Below are positions 36,655-48,516 of a DNA stretch of 64,000 nucleotides, piece after piece. Source of the DNA: Lama glama (lineage: Eukaryota); NCBI GenBank assembly GCA_028534125.1, contig CM052816.1, positions 78,866,001 through 78,930,000 on the forward strand, in the 5' to 3' direction. The notes below the pieces were generated by a model, which was not told the origin of the DNA, did not search any database, and was given only the letters and a program-made list of their open reading frames with translations. The position numbers were made by a program, and so were the translations under genes. Numbering within the stretch: the first letter of the stretch is position 1; each line of letters opens with the position of its first letter.

Positions 36655-37110
36655 CTGGTATATTCAAGAGTGTTTGTTGAATACTCACTTTGCAAAAACT
36701 CCATGCTTAGGGGTGGGGAGACAGTGGTGAGCGAGCAGCTAGTCACTGCTCTCAAGGTATTTAGAGTCTAGCTGGAAAGGCAAAAAGTAAATCATAGCTG
36801 AAATGCAGTGAGTGCTCACATGGGAAGAATACAGGGGGTTATAGCAAAAGGATCTAACCAAGTCAGATGGATAAATTAGAAATTAGCCAAACAATGGGCA
36901 GAGGAAGAGTGCTTCAGGAAGCAGGACAGCCTGGACCAAGCACTGGTCTTGCTGGAGCAGAGAGCCTAGGGGAAAGTAGCGAGAGGGGTACGAACAAATA
37001 CAGGAGGCAGAGGCAGAGGTCTGACCGTCATGGTCTCGGTCCTCCTGAGGAGTGTGAATTTTATCAAAAGTGCAATGGGAAACCATAGAAGAATTTAAAA
37101 GCAAAATGTG
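36655..37110 (-). mobile_element. L2 fragment
   Basis: 'tttgttgaatactcact...ctgctctcaagg...agtctag' and 'aagtgcaatgggaaaccatagaagaattt'. Confidence 0.7.
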
Positions 37111-38029
37111 TGTATTAGAAGTGCCTTATACTCCAGACTGAAACAGGGACACAGACAAAGGATTGTTTATAAATGCAAGCATCAGGAACCCTCTAAATTT
37201 ATACCCAGTTCTGCCACATATTCACACGATCACCCGCTGGCATTACTTTTCATTTTGGGTTAGGATGAAATATGGGAAAGAAAATGAAAATTAGTGCTGA
37301 TGCTTTGGATTCTCTAGGATTCGGAGATTTCCATGAGCCAGGATGGTTGAGGATAAGATTGACACTTCAGAATAATGAAGGAAACTGTTGTTACAGTGTC
37401 CAGATGAGAAAAGGCGAAAGGAAATTCAAGATGTGAGCAGTGCTTATCTCTATAAGTGATTTTACTTTATGATTTATATTTTTCAGTGGTCTCTAAATTT
37501 CTGTACTTATTTTGTAATCAGAGAAAACATTATTTTTAATCCAGAGTAAAATAGTAAAGTTAGTTAAACCTTCCAGAATTTTTCTCCTTTCTTTTATTCT
37601 TTCATCATTCTTCCATCTTTGCACATCCTGAAGGTCACAGGGAGCATGTTTTGATTCATTATTCATTATTCAGGACCCTGGGACCCTGGAGGAAAAGTCC
37701 TGGGAGGTCAGACTGACACAAAGGTGATAAATTCCATTTCACCATTGATTTTTTATAGCTGCTGCATTTCTTTCAGTCTCTTCTTGCCCCAAGCAGCATT
37801 AATAATAGATTTCATATCTTCTTCCAAATTTAATGTTCTGCCCCAGTCTGTCGCTGAACTAGGCTCATGCGACTAACACAGATTTTCTTCTGAAATCCTA
37901 TGTCCTGAAATATCTCTGAAAACACACTTGGCAATGGGGGGATGGTGTGTAGGTTGTCATCATTTGTGCAAGTTCATAGAATGATCTGAATGACTTGGTC
38001 AAGGCCTTATGTGAGGCTTATGATGGACT

Positions 38030-38135
38030 TTCGTTTTAACAAAGAGGAAACTAAAATCGAGACAGGTCAAGTGACTTGATCATGGCCATGCAGCTAGTGA
38101 GCAGCAGAACTAGGACTAGATTTCAATTTAAATTT
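38030..38135 (-). mobile_element. MIR core
   Basis: 'gaggaaactaaa..gagacaggtcaagtgacttg...cagctagtgag.agcagaactagga'. Confidence 0.7.
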
Positions 38136-39092
38136 TCCTGTTCTTAGAATATGGTTCTCAGTTGGTCCCACTGCCTGCCCATTAATGGCACCAGCCTGGG
38201 GAGAAAGAGTTGGGAGGGGATGAGATGGCTGAAGAGTGAGCTCATAGCAGGCACAGGGGGGCATAGGGAAGTGGAAGGGTGGAGGATGGAAATCAACAGG
38301 GGAGGAAAACAGGGGGTACGCCAATCTCAGGGCAAGGCTCAAACGATCCAGTCTAATCCAGATCGGGCTGGCAAGCGTCTTTGATTGGTCCATCCGGCTG
38401 AGTTCCCCAAGCTGTACTCCCGGAACAGTGCCCAGCTGGCAGAATGAGAATCATTTGAAAAATATCCGGAAATTGCTACTCACCAGGGAGCATCTGTGAA
38501 AAATACTGGCCGCAAATGAGCTGGCAGGAAATCAGGGACTGCCAGGTCACCCTGCCACGGTGAGTGTGTCTGAAGGAGTTCCGGAGTCATTTCCCAGATG
38601 GACCCTTCAGCTGCCATAAGTGGCTGGGAGCTGTGGACTCTTGCAGTGTTTCCTGGGATGCAGGAGATGCATTCCAGAAAAGCTGTGGGCAAATCAGAGT
38701 TTTAGACCTGGAGCCATGTTTTTCAAATGCACTCGTGAGTATTCCTAGTGGTGACTGTCTAAACTGAAAGATTTAAAAAAGTGTATTATTTCATAAATAA
38801 TTTGCCTTTTCATAAATCTGGATTTCTTAATACAGAATTCATCCTGGGTCATGATGGTGAAGAAATTCTAGGGCACTGAGACATAATCTGTATTTTTGCA
38901 CAACTGTTGCCGGGAATGGTAAGTCAGAGACAGAATTAGACCGTCTTCTCAGTAGACTGGGATCCTGGGATTTGGCCTGCATTGTTGGCAATTTGTCCAG
39001 CCTCTGAGCTCAACGGCTCCTTAAGAAATCACGGCTGGAAAAATCTAAGTCAACATTTTAGCTCATCCGTTCCTATCCCAGGTTATCCTCAA

Positions 39093-39711
39093 TGATGCAG
39101 GAAAGACGGATATGGGGTGTGAGCAGGGCCATGTCCCAGGCTTCGGCTGAGCCTCTGGTATGTGCCCCACCAAGTGTGGGTCCTTGGCTTCATGCAGGAA
39201 AGAATTCAAGAACGAGCCACAGTTGAGTAAATGTAGATTTATTCAGAGAGATACATTGAAAGGCAAGAGAAAGGCCACAAAGTGTAGGAATTGGGTGCTC
39301 AGATTAAAGTAAAAGTAGGTACACACTCCATAGACAGAGTGTGGGTTTGTCTCTGAACGGAGAGAGAGAGAGAGGCAGTGGTTGCGAGGCACCACTTTGC
39401 TAGGTTTTATGGGCTTGGTGGCTTTACATGCTAATAAGTGAGAGGACCAGTCTAACTAGTCCTGGGATTCCCAGGTTGGCCATTTCCCACTCTTTGACCA
39501 TTTGTGGCTAGCCTTGGGACTGCCATGGTGCCTGTGGGCATGTTATTCATCATGCTAACATATTACAATAAGCATATAATAAGCTCAAGGTCTACTACTA
39601 GAAGTCAGATCTCCCACCACCTGGACCCTCAAGGCCTACTGGGGGTTGAATTTTGATGTTAATTGCTGTAGTATTCCTTGAATGGCTGTGCCCTGCCCAC
39701 TTCCTGTCTCA
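39093..39711 (-). mobile_element. Solo ERV1-class LTR, well preserved, probably lineage-specific
   Basis: TG...CA ends with imperfect inverted termini TGAGACAGGAAG / TGATGCAGGAAA. Flanks TCAA/CCAA form a 3/4 TSD. The minus strand has CATAAAA (39405-39411) and AATAAA (39238-39243). Confidence 0.8.
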
Positions 39712-39996
39712 CCAAGATCCTCCAGTGATTTTTTCTTGTCTCCTACACCCTAATGTCTTTCTTCGAAATGCTGAAGTTCTCAGCAAGACAGCTTGTAAAT
39801 ATTTTGGTTTGAGCTCAGAGTCCAGGCTCTTTGATCTCATCTGGGAACGAGATCATTTGCTGACCCGTATTGACTCTTTGCTATGTTCGCTGGTCTTTTC
39901 ACCTGCTGGGTAGAATCAGGCAGTTCACCAGAAAAGGGTGCTCTGAGTTTTACTAAAACAGTGGGCATTAAGAGAATAAAATGTTTGCTTACCATT

Positions 39997-40540
39997 TGTA
40001 TCAGTCAGTGTTCTCTAGAAAAACAGACCCAATAGAGTATATAGAGAGAGAAAGAGAGAGAGAGATGTATATACATCCATCCATATGAGGAGATTATTAG
40101 AGGAACCAGCTCATGTGATTATGGAGGTGGAGAAGTCCCACAACCTGCCATCTGCAAGTAGGAGAACCAAGAAAGCCTGTGGCGGGGGTTGGGTGGGGGG
40201 GTTGTAATTTAGTCAAAACCAAAGGCCTGAGAATTGGAAGAGCCATTGGTATAAGTCTGGATTGGAGTCCAAAGGCCCAAGAGCCAGGAGTGCTGATGTG
40301 CGAGGGGAGACAGGATGGATGTCCCTGCTCAAGCAAAGACAGCGGATCTGCTTTTCCTCTGCCTCTTTGCTCCATTCAGGCCCTCGGCAGGTTGGACGAT
40401 GCCCACCTGTATCGGTACTGATTCGGATACTAATCTCTTCTGGAAACACCCTCACAGACACACTCATAAGAAATGTCTTACCAGCTATCTGGGCATCCCC
40501 TAGCCTGGTCAGGTTGATGCAGAAAATTAACCATTTTACA
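39997..40540 (-). mobile_element. MLT2-type ERVL solo LTR with (AG)n
   Basis: 'gttctctagaaaaacagacccaatag', 'gattatggagg.ggagaagtcccac..ctgccatctgcaag' and 'aatctcttctggaaacaccctcacagacacac..aaaattaaccat'. Confidence 0.9.
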
Positions 40541-41577
40541 TCGTCCAAGTCAAATACACAAACTGCCCTGCTCATGAACTTCTGCCCTCTTGGTGGCCTG
40601 TCTGGTGGCTTCTGTTTCAAACACATGCAAGACTATAGGCTGAAAAGAAAGAAAACACAGTAATGGAAATGACCTCACAAACAGTAAGACCCCTTTTTAG
40701 AAAAGATGAAAACATCCCAGATGGGTCACACAATGGCTCTCAGAGAAGAATTCCCAAGAATTCAGGACACGATTTCTTCAAAGGCTTTTGCTTTGTGGAT
40801 TCCCTTCCCCTACACTTGACCTTTCAGCCCCACTGAGTACGAAGGCTCTTTCAGAGAGAGAATTGAGAATCAGGGTGAAAAGAAAGAGCCTTCGGGCAGC
40901 TAAGGGGTATGAGAGAGAAAGAACAATGGGAAAGGGGATTTTTAATTATTGCTGAGTGACAAGATTTGAATCTCTCTTACTTTCTTTAAGAAACAACTGA
41001 AAATGGAATGTCTTTTCATTACTTTTGATTTGTAGACTGTTTTTTTTTTAAAAATGTGTCTGAGTATTATCTGAGCCTTGAAGAATTTTAGGGTTTATTC
41101 AGTTTAGATCAAAATATCTTTTCTTTTAGTAAAGGAGGTTGGGAGTGGAGATGGAAGGTTGTTTCATACTTCAGAAATCCTTAAGAGATACATTCAACTC
41201 ACAAAGCCTCAATGAAAACTCCACAGGACACAATGAATTTGGTAGAAATCCCTTTGTCCCTTGTCAACCCAGTACCCAGAGGGGTCCAAGCTAACAGTAG
41301 GATCCCATGTTCCATCTGATGCATCTGCTGGTGCAGATGACCACTTACATTTTTAGGTCAGCCCTACTAAATGTAGGATCCCATCTTTTTGTCATGATTT
41401 CACGTGTGATAGCTGCTCATCTCCCTTGGCAGATGCCTTTGTTTTTCTTATATAAATATTGACAATCCCACTTAGAAAAATATTCCTTATTTAAATGGAC
41501 AGACTTTGGTTGCCATCCACCAAAATGGATTGCATTAACAGCCAACCTCCTTGTCACTTAAACCCAGCTTTGCTTTA

Positions 41578-41770
41578 GCCTGAGGCTCCCAAGCTTGGGT
41601 ATGTATTAGGATCACTAAGGGAGGGAGTGTCATTAATGAGTAAGGAGTCCAGGTCTCATCCTAGGAATTCTGATCTGGGAGCGCTGGGTTGGCCCAGGAA
41701 TCTGCATTTAACACAGACTTCCTGTGATTCTGATGCAGGTTGGAGAGACTGCACTTTGAGAGAAACTGAT
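41578..41770. mobile_element. MER5A hAT MITE
   Basis: 'ttctgatct...ctgggttggcccaggaatctgcatttaaca...gtgattctgatgcagg...cactttgagagaaactg'. Confidence 0.85.
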
Positions 41771-42359
41771 AAAGGTACTTTCCACAGAGCCCACTCGAGG
41801 CATCGTATGAGTCACAAGCCTCCTCTAGGTCTGCACCTGGTGGTTACCAGCCTAAATGAAACTTCACAGGGGAAGAGCAAGCGCCAAGGGATTTCACTGT
41901 CATGTTTTGATGCATAAAAGAATGCCAGGAACGCATGCCCTTTGGGTCGAGCTCCTTAGAAGCCCAAGAGCAGTCTGGCGAGATAAGGCAAAGGATCTAT
42001 GACTGAAAGATGAAAATCAGGCTTCCTTTCTGTTTCTTGCAAGCTATTTGGTCATTTCGGTGCGGAAAAAAGAACTGCCTGATCAGGGGGAGACTCACAG
42101 TGATTGTCTTCATAAGCTAAGGGCTGATTTTGTGGAAGGGGGTTTACAATTTTCCTGTATGGCTCCAGAGAAGAACCAGAGCAGTAAGTCAAACTATCGG
42201 GAAGTAGAGTTTAGTTCAACAAAAAGAGGTAAATCATTAGGGACTTTGAAAATTAGGTGGGCTTTGCTGTGTGGTGGTGAGCATTTACCATCTGAGCGTC
42301 ATGATTAAGAGGCTATGTTAATCAACTGACATATGTGTTCTACATTTATTAACGCATGG

Positions 42360-42525
42360 TGGGGAAGTAAGAAGAGTTTGGGACTTGGAAGCAAGCCTAA
42401 ATTCAAATCCTGAATCCCTTACATACTGTGTGACCCTGGGAATGTAATTGAACTTTCAAGGGTTAATGCGAAAAACAGATAATACATACCAAGTGCTTGG
42501 CACAGCGTATATGCTCATATGTATT
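42360..42525 (+). mobile_element. MIR SINE (internally deleted)
   Basis: 'ttcaaatcctg...ctgtgtgaccctggg...aagtgcttggcacag'. Confidence 0.65.
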
Positions 42526-44226
42526 TGCTCCCTGCCTCTTCTGTGTCTGCCATTATTGCAGGTATTAGGGAAACAAGGATAAGTAAGTTCCTGTGTCTCT
42601 CTTCCAGGAATTCCTCAGCTGATAGTGGGAGACAACCAGAAACAAAAATATGGTGCAAAATTGTACCTGTTGTACTACAGAGAGACATGCAAAGGCTAAT
42701 GGAGGTTCAGAGCCAGGGCAGGGGTGAGGGCAGGGGGGCGGAGGGGGAACGACACGGGATTTCCAGCTCTCTGCAGAAGTTGATACTTCCTGTCAACCCA
42801 GGCTCTTGCTGCTGTCATTTGAATTCTACTGGTTACCTAGAGTGGTTTTCCATCTTAGAATAACTACACCGCACTGGGAAATGCTAAGAGCAAAGAGAAA
42901 TTTGCTACAAACCAAAGGTCGGATTCCCCTTAGTTCTTTGTTTCTTTGAATCCATTAATCCAGCAAACATTTTTTTGAGCCCCTACTAGTCCTAGGTAAG
43001 GCGCTGACAGCTGGGGATGTAGAGTTAATTGGCACCTTCCTTGACCACATATGGGTCACAATCTGCCCGTGGAGACAGGCTGAGATGGTTAAATACACTC
43101 CACAATACTCCAGTATCCCTTTCAACCAGCAGTATGTTCTTACTTTTCCATGTCACTGTCACGTTTGTCCTTGGACAGTAAAACTGATTTTGGCCAACAT
43201 GGCACTCCCTCCTCTAATGACTATGAAGTCACAATAGACTTTTTTTCAAGATTTAATCCAAAAACTTCATTCTTGGAACTTTAAAATAGTGATATATTCA
43301 AACTTTTTGGTTACATATTTTTGTTAGTAAGTAATTTTGGACTTAACATTTATATAAATTTTTATACAATTATATAATTTTTCTCAAGATGCAGTCTACA
43401 CCATGGCAAAGCCATCATTAATAACAATGTTTACAAATCCATACATTAAATCATCTTGATAATTTTAATTTTGGGGATCCAATTCATAATTAAAGGTGAT
43501 GAAATAGTAATTTTTCTCCTTATATTGTCAAGGAAGGGGTCACGTGAAAAGTAACTGGACCTCTGCCATTGTATTTTTGTAGGTGTATGAATTTGCATGT
43601 TGCAAACATTATCTTCAGTGCAGAGCTCATGTGGAACTGATTTTGTTAGAGTTAGTTCAGTTAGAATCGGAAAATGTCATCTATGAAGCCACCTAACTGG
43701 GGACACAAAAACTGTGTCAGTGTCTGAAAGCAGAAGGAAAAGAAGGGGGGCTGTCAACCCCACTGCTTCGTGGAATGTCCTCACCTCCCGAGGACATCTC
43801 ATGTCCTTCAGGTGAACACAACCTTCTGACACACCGACAGAATGAAGGCACCTTTTTTCAACTGTCTACTTTCTAATGGATCATCCTGTGCTCCCTTGGA
43901 AAGTATACCAAGCACTTGGAGGCCACTCTGGCTTGACAGCCAATTCTCCAGTCCATTCTGTTCGAATGAATAGCCCTGCCAGCGGACTGTGCTGAACAGC
44001 GGCTCCTTTCCCGGATCGAGAGCGCCATGGGGCTCAGGCTTGTTACTTATGTTCCTGATGTAGAAGCATTTCAATGAACAGCTGAAAATCTGCTGCAGTC
44101 TGCTCTTCTTACTCCCTTTTTGACTACAATTTGGTGTCCAGAAATAATTTCACCTGATATAAAAATCGAAAACAAACTTCATGGTTTTTAAAGAGGTATT
44201 TTTAGAGAATTAAACATACACACCAT

Positions 44227-44272
44227 TGTGTGTGTGTGTGTGTGTTTGTGTGTATGTGTATGTTCATGTGTG
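44227..44272. repeat. (TG)n microsatellite
   Basis: Read directly. Confidence 0.9.
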
Positions 44273-44544
44273 TAAGGAGAGGGAGAAGTTTTCTCACCCC
44301 AGTTTTAGGGTCCAATTTTGTGAGAAGAAAAAGAAAGCACAAATTTTGCACATCTATAATTAATATGATATAAAACATCCCTTTATATCAAAGAAGCTTG
44401 TCATTTAATTCTATACACAAGAAATAAAGATCATCCCTTTAGTGAAGGAGGAATCATTCCATATTCTCTTTTATCTAGAATGTGTCTAGAACATGCATTC
44501 TTATCTTTCATGCTATAAATCCTGAGCTGGCTGATGAAAACAAT

Positions 44545-44968
44545 AAACCCCTTCTTAAAATAGCCTGTAAAGGTACAAAATGAAATACATGAAATCTCAA
44601 AGGAAATCAATTATATTGAAATATTAAAAATCCAAATATAAAAAATCAAGTGTATGAGATATTAATACATGTGTTTATTTACTAACACATTAAATAACAA
44701 AATCTGGTGGCAGGTCTGTTGTGATTTCAAAGTAATGTTGAGCATAAACAATGCTTTGAGATATCTGCCATAGCTAGAATGTGACTAGAAAATACCTGTA
44801 ATTTCCACTGTTGACATCACTAATAATACTAACAGAGATGATTGCCTATATTTGTAGTTTAAAAAAGTGCTAAATTTCAAATAGCAATTTGTGGAAATAG
44901 AGATGCAAGGTTTTTCCCGTCCAATTTCACGTAGCCCCGAATCCAACTTCGGTCAGCAACTCCTCCTC
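44545..44968. mobile_element. hAT-Charlie DNA transposon remnant (MER119/Charlie7-like)
   Basis: 'aaaggaaatcaattatattgaaat', 'gtgatttcaaagtaatg.tgagcataaa..at..tttgagatatctgc' and 'gctaaatttca...tttttccc.tccaa.ttcac'. Confidence 0.7.
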
Positions 44969-45934
44969 TAAATGAGGTTCCTAGGACCCGTCTTACTGTC
45001 CCTGACAAGGGAACTACTTGTGAGTGTGACAGTTCCATGATTTCCAGAAGGTGTCAGACTTGCATTTCTGAAGACTGAAATCCAGCTACTGCTATAATCT
45101 CTCCAATGTTTCCTGACTTAATTTTTAAGGCAGATAATCCACCAGGTTGAGTCATTGAAAATTAGACAAAAAAAATGCTGATTTCAAACAGAAACAAAGA
45201 GCTTCAAGGAAATAATTTCTACAAGGACTAAGAAAGTGCTGTCTGAATTAAGAAATTTTATGCACCCCTAAAAAGATATGAAGAAACAGGAAATTGTTTT
45301 CTCGTCTTTTCAGTATGAAGACAGGATTCATGTTGTCAGTAAGAATCAGACATCATGAAATTTCCGAAAATACACCACAGTCAACTCTTGCCTAAAGATG
45401 GGTAATTTATGTCCTCACAAGGATGCCATAAAGAGGAGGATTATAGAACAGAAGAAACGCTGAAGACCCAGCCTACAAGCGGAGGCATCTGGGTACAAAG
45501 CAGGGATTAGGCTGTGACTTCCTTTTACCTGAGTTGCACCCTTAGACTTCTTCAAGTTTTCCAAGAAAACAAAGGATTTATTGGGAATCCAGTGCATTGA
45601 GTAAAAGATGTTTCCTAGACAGGTCATTATTCATCTAGGAACTGTATGGGCTTCATAAACATGTGTAATTGGCCAGTGGGTTTTCTTATATAAAGGATCC
45701 ACTACAATGGATAGACTCTGTGTTCGTTGAATTTGGGGGAATTTCTTCTCCTTCCCCCTGATTTTCCTATTATACTTTCTAGTTGATCTTCATTAGAAAA
45801 TGACCCCTGTAAAAAGTCTGGATCATTTTTCTCAAGAATTTGCCTTCCCAGAAAGACCTAGTGTCAACTTGGCCAAGTGATGTGCTTTTGTTAACGAAAT
45901 TTAAACAGAAACGATACATGTCAGGTCCAAGCAG

Positions 45935-46183
45935 AACCTTTAATAGCCACTGAATGGCTCTGCCACCTCTTTTTCTCTTTCTTCTGCCTGAAGAATGGTA
46001 TGTCCCACATCAAAACGGCTCCTTAAGCTTGTACTGCAGAAGAAAAAGACATGAGGAAAAAGAGTGGCAGCCTACAGCAGCTGAAGTAAATTAAGCAAGG
46101 AAAAAGCCTTTCTTGTTTTAAGCTATTGATATTTAGAGATTGGTTGTTACACAGCAAAACTCAGTGAAAGCTGACTAATGTAC
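45935..46183 (+). mobile_element. MLT1 LTR 3' part
   Basis: 'cttgttttaagctattgatattt.gagattggttgttacacagcaaaact...gctgactaat'. Confidence 0.7.
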
Positions 46184-46609
46184 ACTCTAACTTTCATTTT
46201 CCATTGTCTTCCTCTCTCTTGGTTCAAGTAGTTATTGATCTATAAGCCAATCAAAAATACAAGTTTATGATGGGTGCTTCTATTTAATGACCACTCCTAA
46301 AATAATTAAGAAAGACAGTGCCTAATTGCTTGAAAAGCCTTTCCAGATTCTTGCCAAAGATAACATAACTACTGTATTTGGGTGTAGATTGCAGGTCCCC
46401 AAGAAAGCTTCTGGGTCTCTGGGACTGGTGAATCAGCCTTGTTCTTTCTTCTGGAGGAATTAATATGGAACAAAGAGATGAACTCTCATAAAGACACAAA
46501 GTTCCACTGACCGTATGTGGTGGATTTTGAGGCAGTCCCCATTTCAAATATCCCATTGACCCAGTGATATACATAAATACTCAATTTTTGCTTCTAAAAA
46601 CATGTATCT

Positions 46610-46860
46610 TAAGAAAATATATGATTCTACTTACATAAAGTTCAAAATGGGCCAAACAAAGCTACACTATTAAGTCAGGACAGAGTTTATCTTTTGGGAG
46701 AAATGGAGTGGTGACTGGAAAAGGGTAAGAGTGCAGCTTCAAGGTGGTAGCTGTCCTATTTCTTGTCCTGGATGGATGGATAAGTGTTCACTTTATGATC
46801 ATTTGCTTATGTTTTGTGTATTTTTCTGTTTGTATGTGACACTTCACAACAAAAAGGTTT
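46610..46860 (+). mobile_element. L1ME 3' end
   Basis: 'tatgattctacttacataaagttcaaaa..ggccaaac...aagtcaggacagag..gtgactggaa'. Confidence 0.75.
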
Positions 46861-47929
46861 AACAATACAATCACTGTGGCCATAGCTTGCTTAAAACACA
46901 TATAAAATAAAGAGCTTGAGAATCAACAAACTGTAACATAAAGGAACCATTTTTTTTGGTGTAACAGAGAAAAACATTTTCTCATTCATCCTGGCTTTCC
47001 TGGGAACTGAGTGCAATTCAACTTAGCACTATTTTTTTCCTATATTGAGTGTCCTTGTTTTTTGGTTTATTTTAAAAACAGTGTATCAAGGGAAAATGCC
47101 ATTAATTAGATAATTATACAAATATGTAATTATATATTACATTGGGTAATTATGTCAGTAATTAACTATCTGTAATATTTCCAGAGTTCTGGGGATATTA
47201 AGCATGATTTTTGCCATGCTGGTTATCAGCTAACAGAGGGGAAACACTATCATATACAACTCCCCAGTCCAGAAGAGAAAAACAATCAATAATAAATTAG
47301 TTCAGTAGGTAACAATTGCAGAGACAAAGCCAATGATGCCACCATCAGTGTGCAAACAGCATGGATTCCCCACTTGCCTCTAGCTGCTCCCTCCATTGCT
47401 GTCAGAAGTCATCTAGCTCTGGGCAGAATCTCTGACTCTTTAGGACTCGCTTTGTTCTTCTTTGATATTCTTGTATCTCTCTTTTCCCACAAGCTGGTTT
47501 AAGCACGGCTCTTCAGACACATTCCCAGAGGCTTCAGCAGTGACATGCTTCTCTCTATAACTATTCAGGCACTGAGGGTTGATCCTCAGAGTTTTCCTCA
47601 GTATGAACTCAATCATCTCTGAGCTCTACGGCCAGGTCTGCAAGGCTCTTGAATTCTACGAACCAGGCAGCTGGTCTACAGGGCTCTGATGGTCAGAGGA
47701 GACAAGACAAAGGAACTAAGGAGCACGGAGAGAAATGGATTCTGCTTCCCACCTCCCCAAGTCAGCCAAGGACACATTTCCCAAACTCTTTTCCCCACTA
47801 ACCAACATTTTTTTTAAAAATAGGAAAAGAATAGTTATACCTTTGGTTTTAAATGAACTCAACTTGGCTCATGGCAGCCATAAGAAAAACTATATTTGCG
47901 ATATATTTTGCGAAGAAAAACTATATTTA

Positions 47930-48260
47930 ACTCCTTTGCAGTTAGATATGGTCTTGCGACTAATTTCTGGCCAATGGGATGAGAGTGGTTACAAATGCAA
48001 ATTACAGGCAGGGGTGTAACCATCCTCATCTCTACCCTCTTTCTTTCATCCTGCCAACTAGAATGTGGATGCAACTTGAACCAGACATGGGAAACAATCC
48101 ATGAATGGCAAAACAACAAGATAAAAGGAGTCTGAGTTGTTGTTAACTTGGCAGAGCAGAGCTGCCTTCCAAGCTCTGACTTTGATATGAGAGAAATTAA
48201 TTTCCATCTTGTATTAGGCTTCGTTATTTTCAGTTTCAGAAACATGAAGCGAAACCCACG
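47930..48260 (+). mobile_element. MLT1 (J-like) LTR
   Basis: 'ctttgcagttagatatggtc..gactaatttctggccaatggga' and 'tgagagaaattaatttccatcttg'. Confidence 0.75.
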
Positions 48261-48288
48261 TCTCAGCTGGGGAAGAGGCCATCTAGCC

Positions 48289-48516
48289 CAGTAATTCTCA
48301 ATGGAGGAGGCACAGTTTTGTCCCCTAGGGAGCATTTGAAAGTGTCTGCAGACATTTTGGTTGTCACATTGTGGGGTGTAGAGGTTACTGCTGGCACCTA
48401 GCGAATAGAGGCCAGGGTTGCTGCTAAACACCCCACGATGCACAGGACAGCTCCCTCCCCAACAAGAAAGAGTTGTGCAGCCAAAAATATCAATGGTGCT
48501 GAGGCTGATAAGTCAC
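48289..48516. mobile_element. MER20 hAT MITE
   Basis: 'gtctgcagacattttggttgtcaca...ctggcacctag..tagaggccaggg.tgctgctaaacacc..acgatgcacaggacagc..ccaaaaat.tcaat.gtgctgagg'. Confidence 0.9.

Noticed and set aside
47859..48443. Longest ORF (194 aa, minus strand)
   Set aside because: It runs across MER20 and MLT1 remnants, so it is a chance open frame with no recognisable protein.
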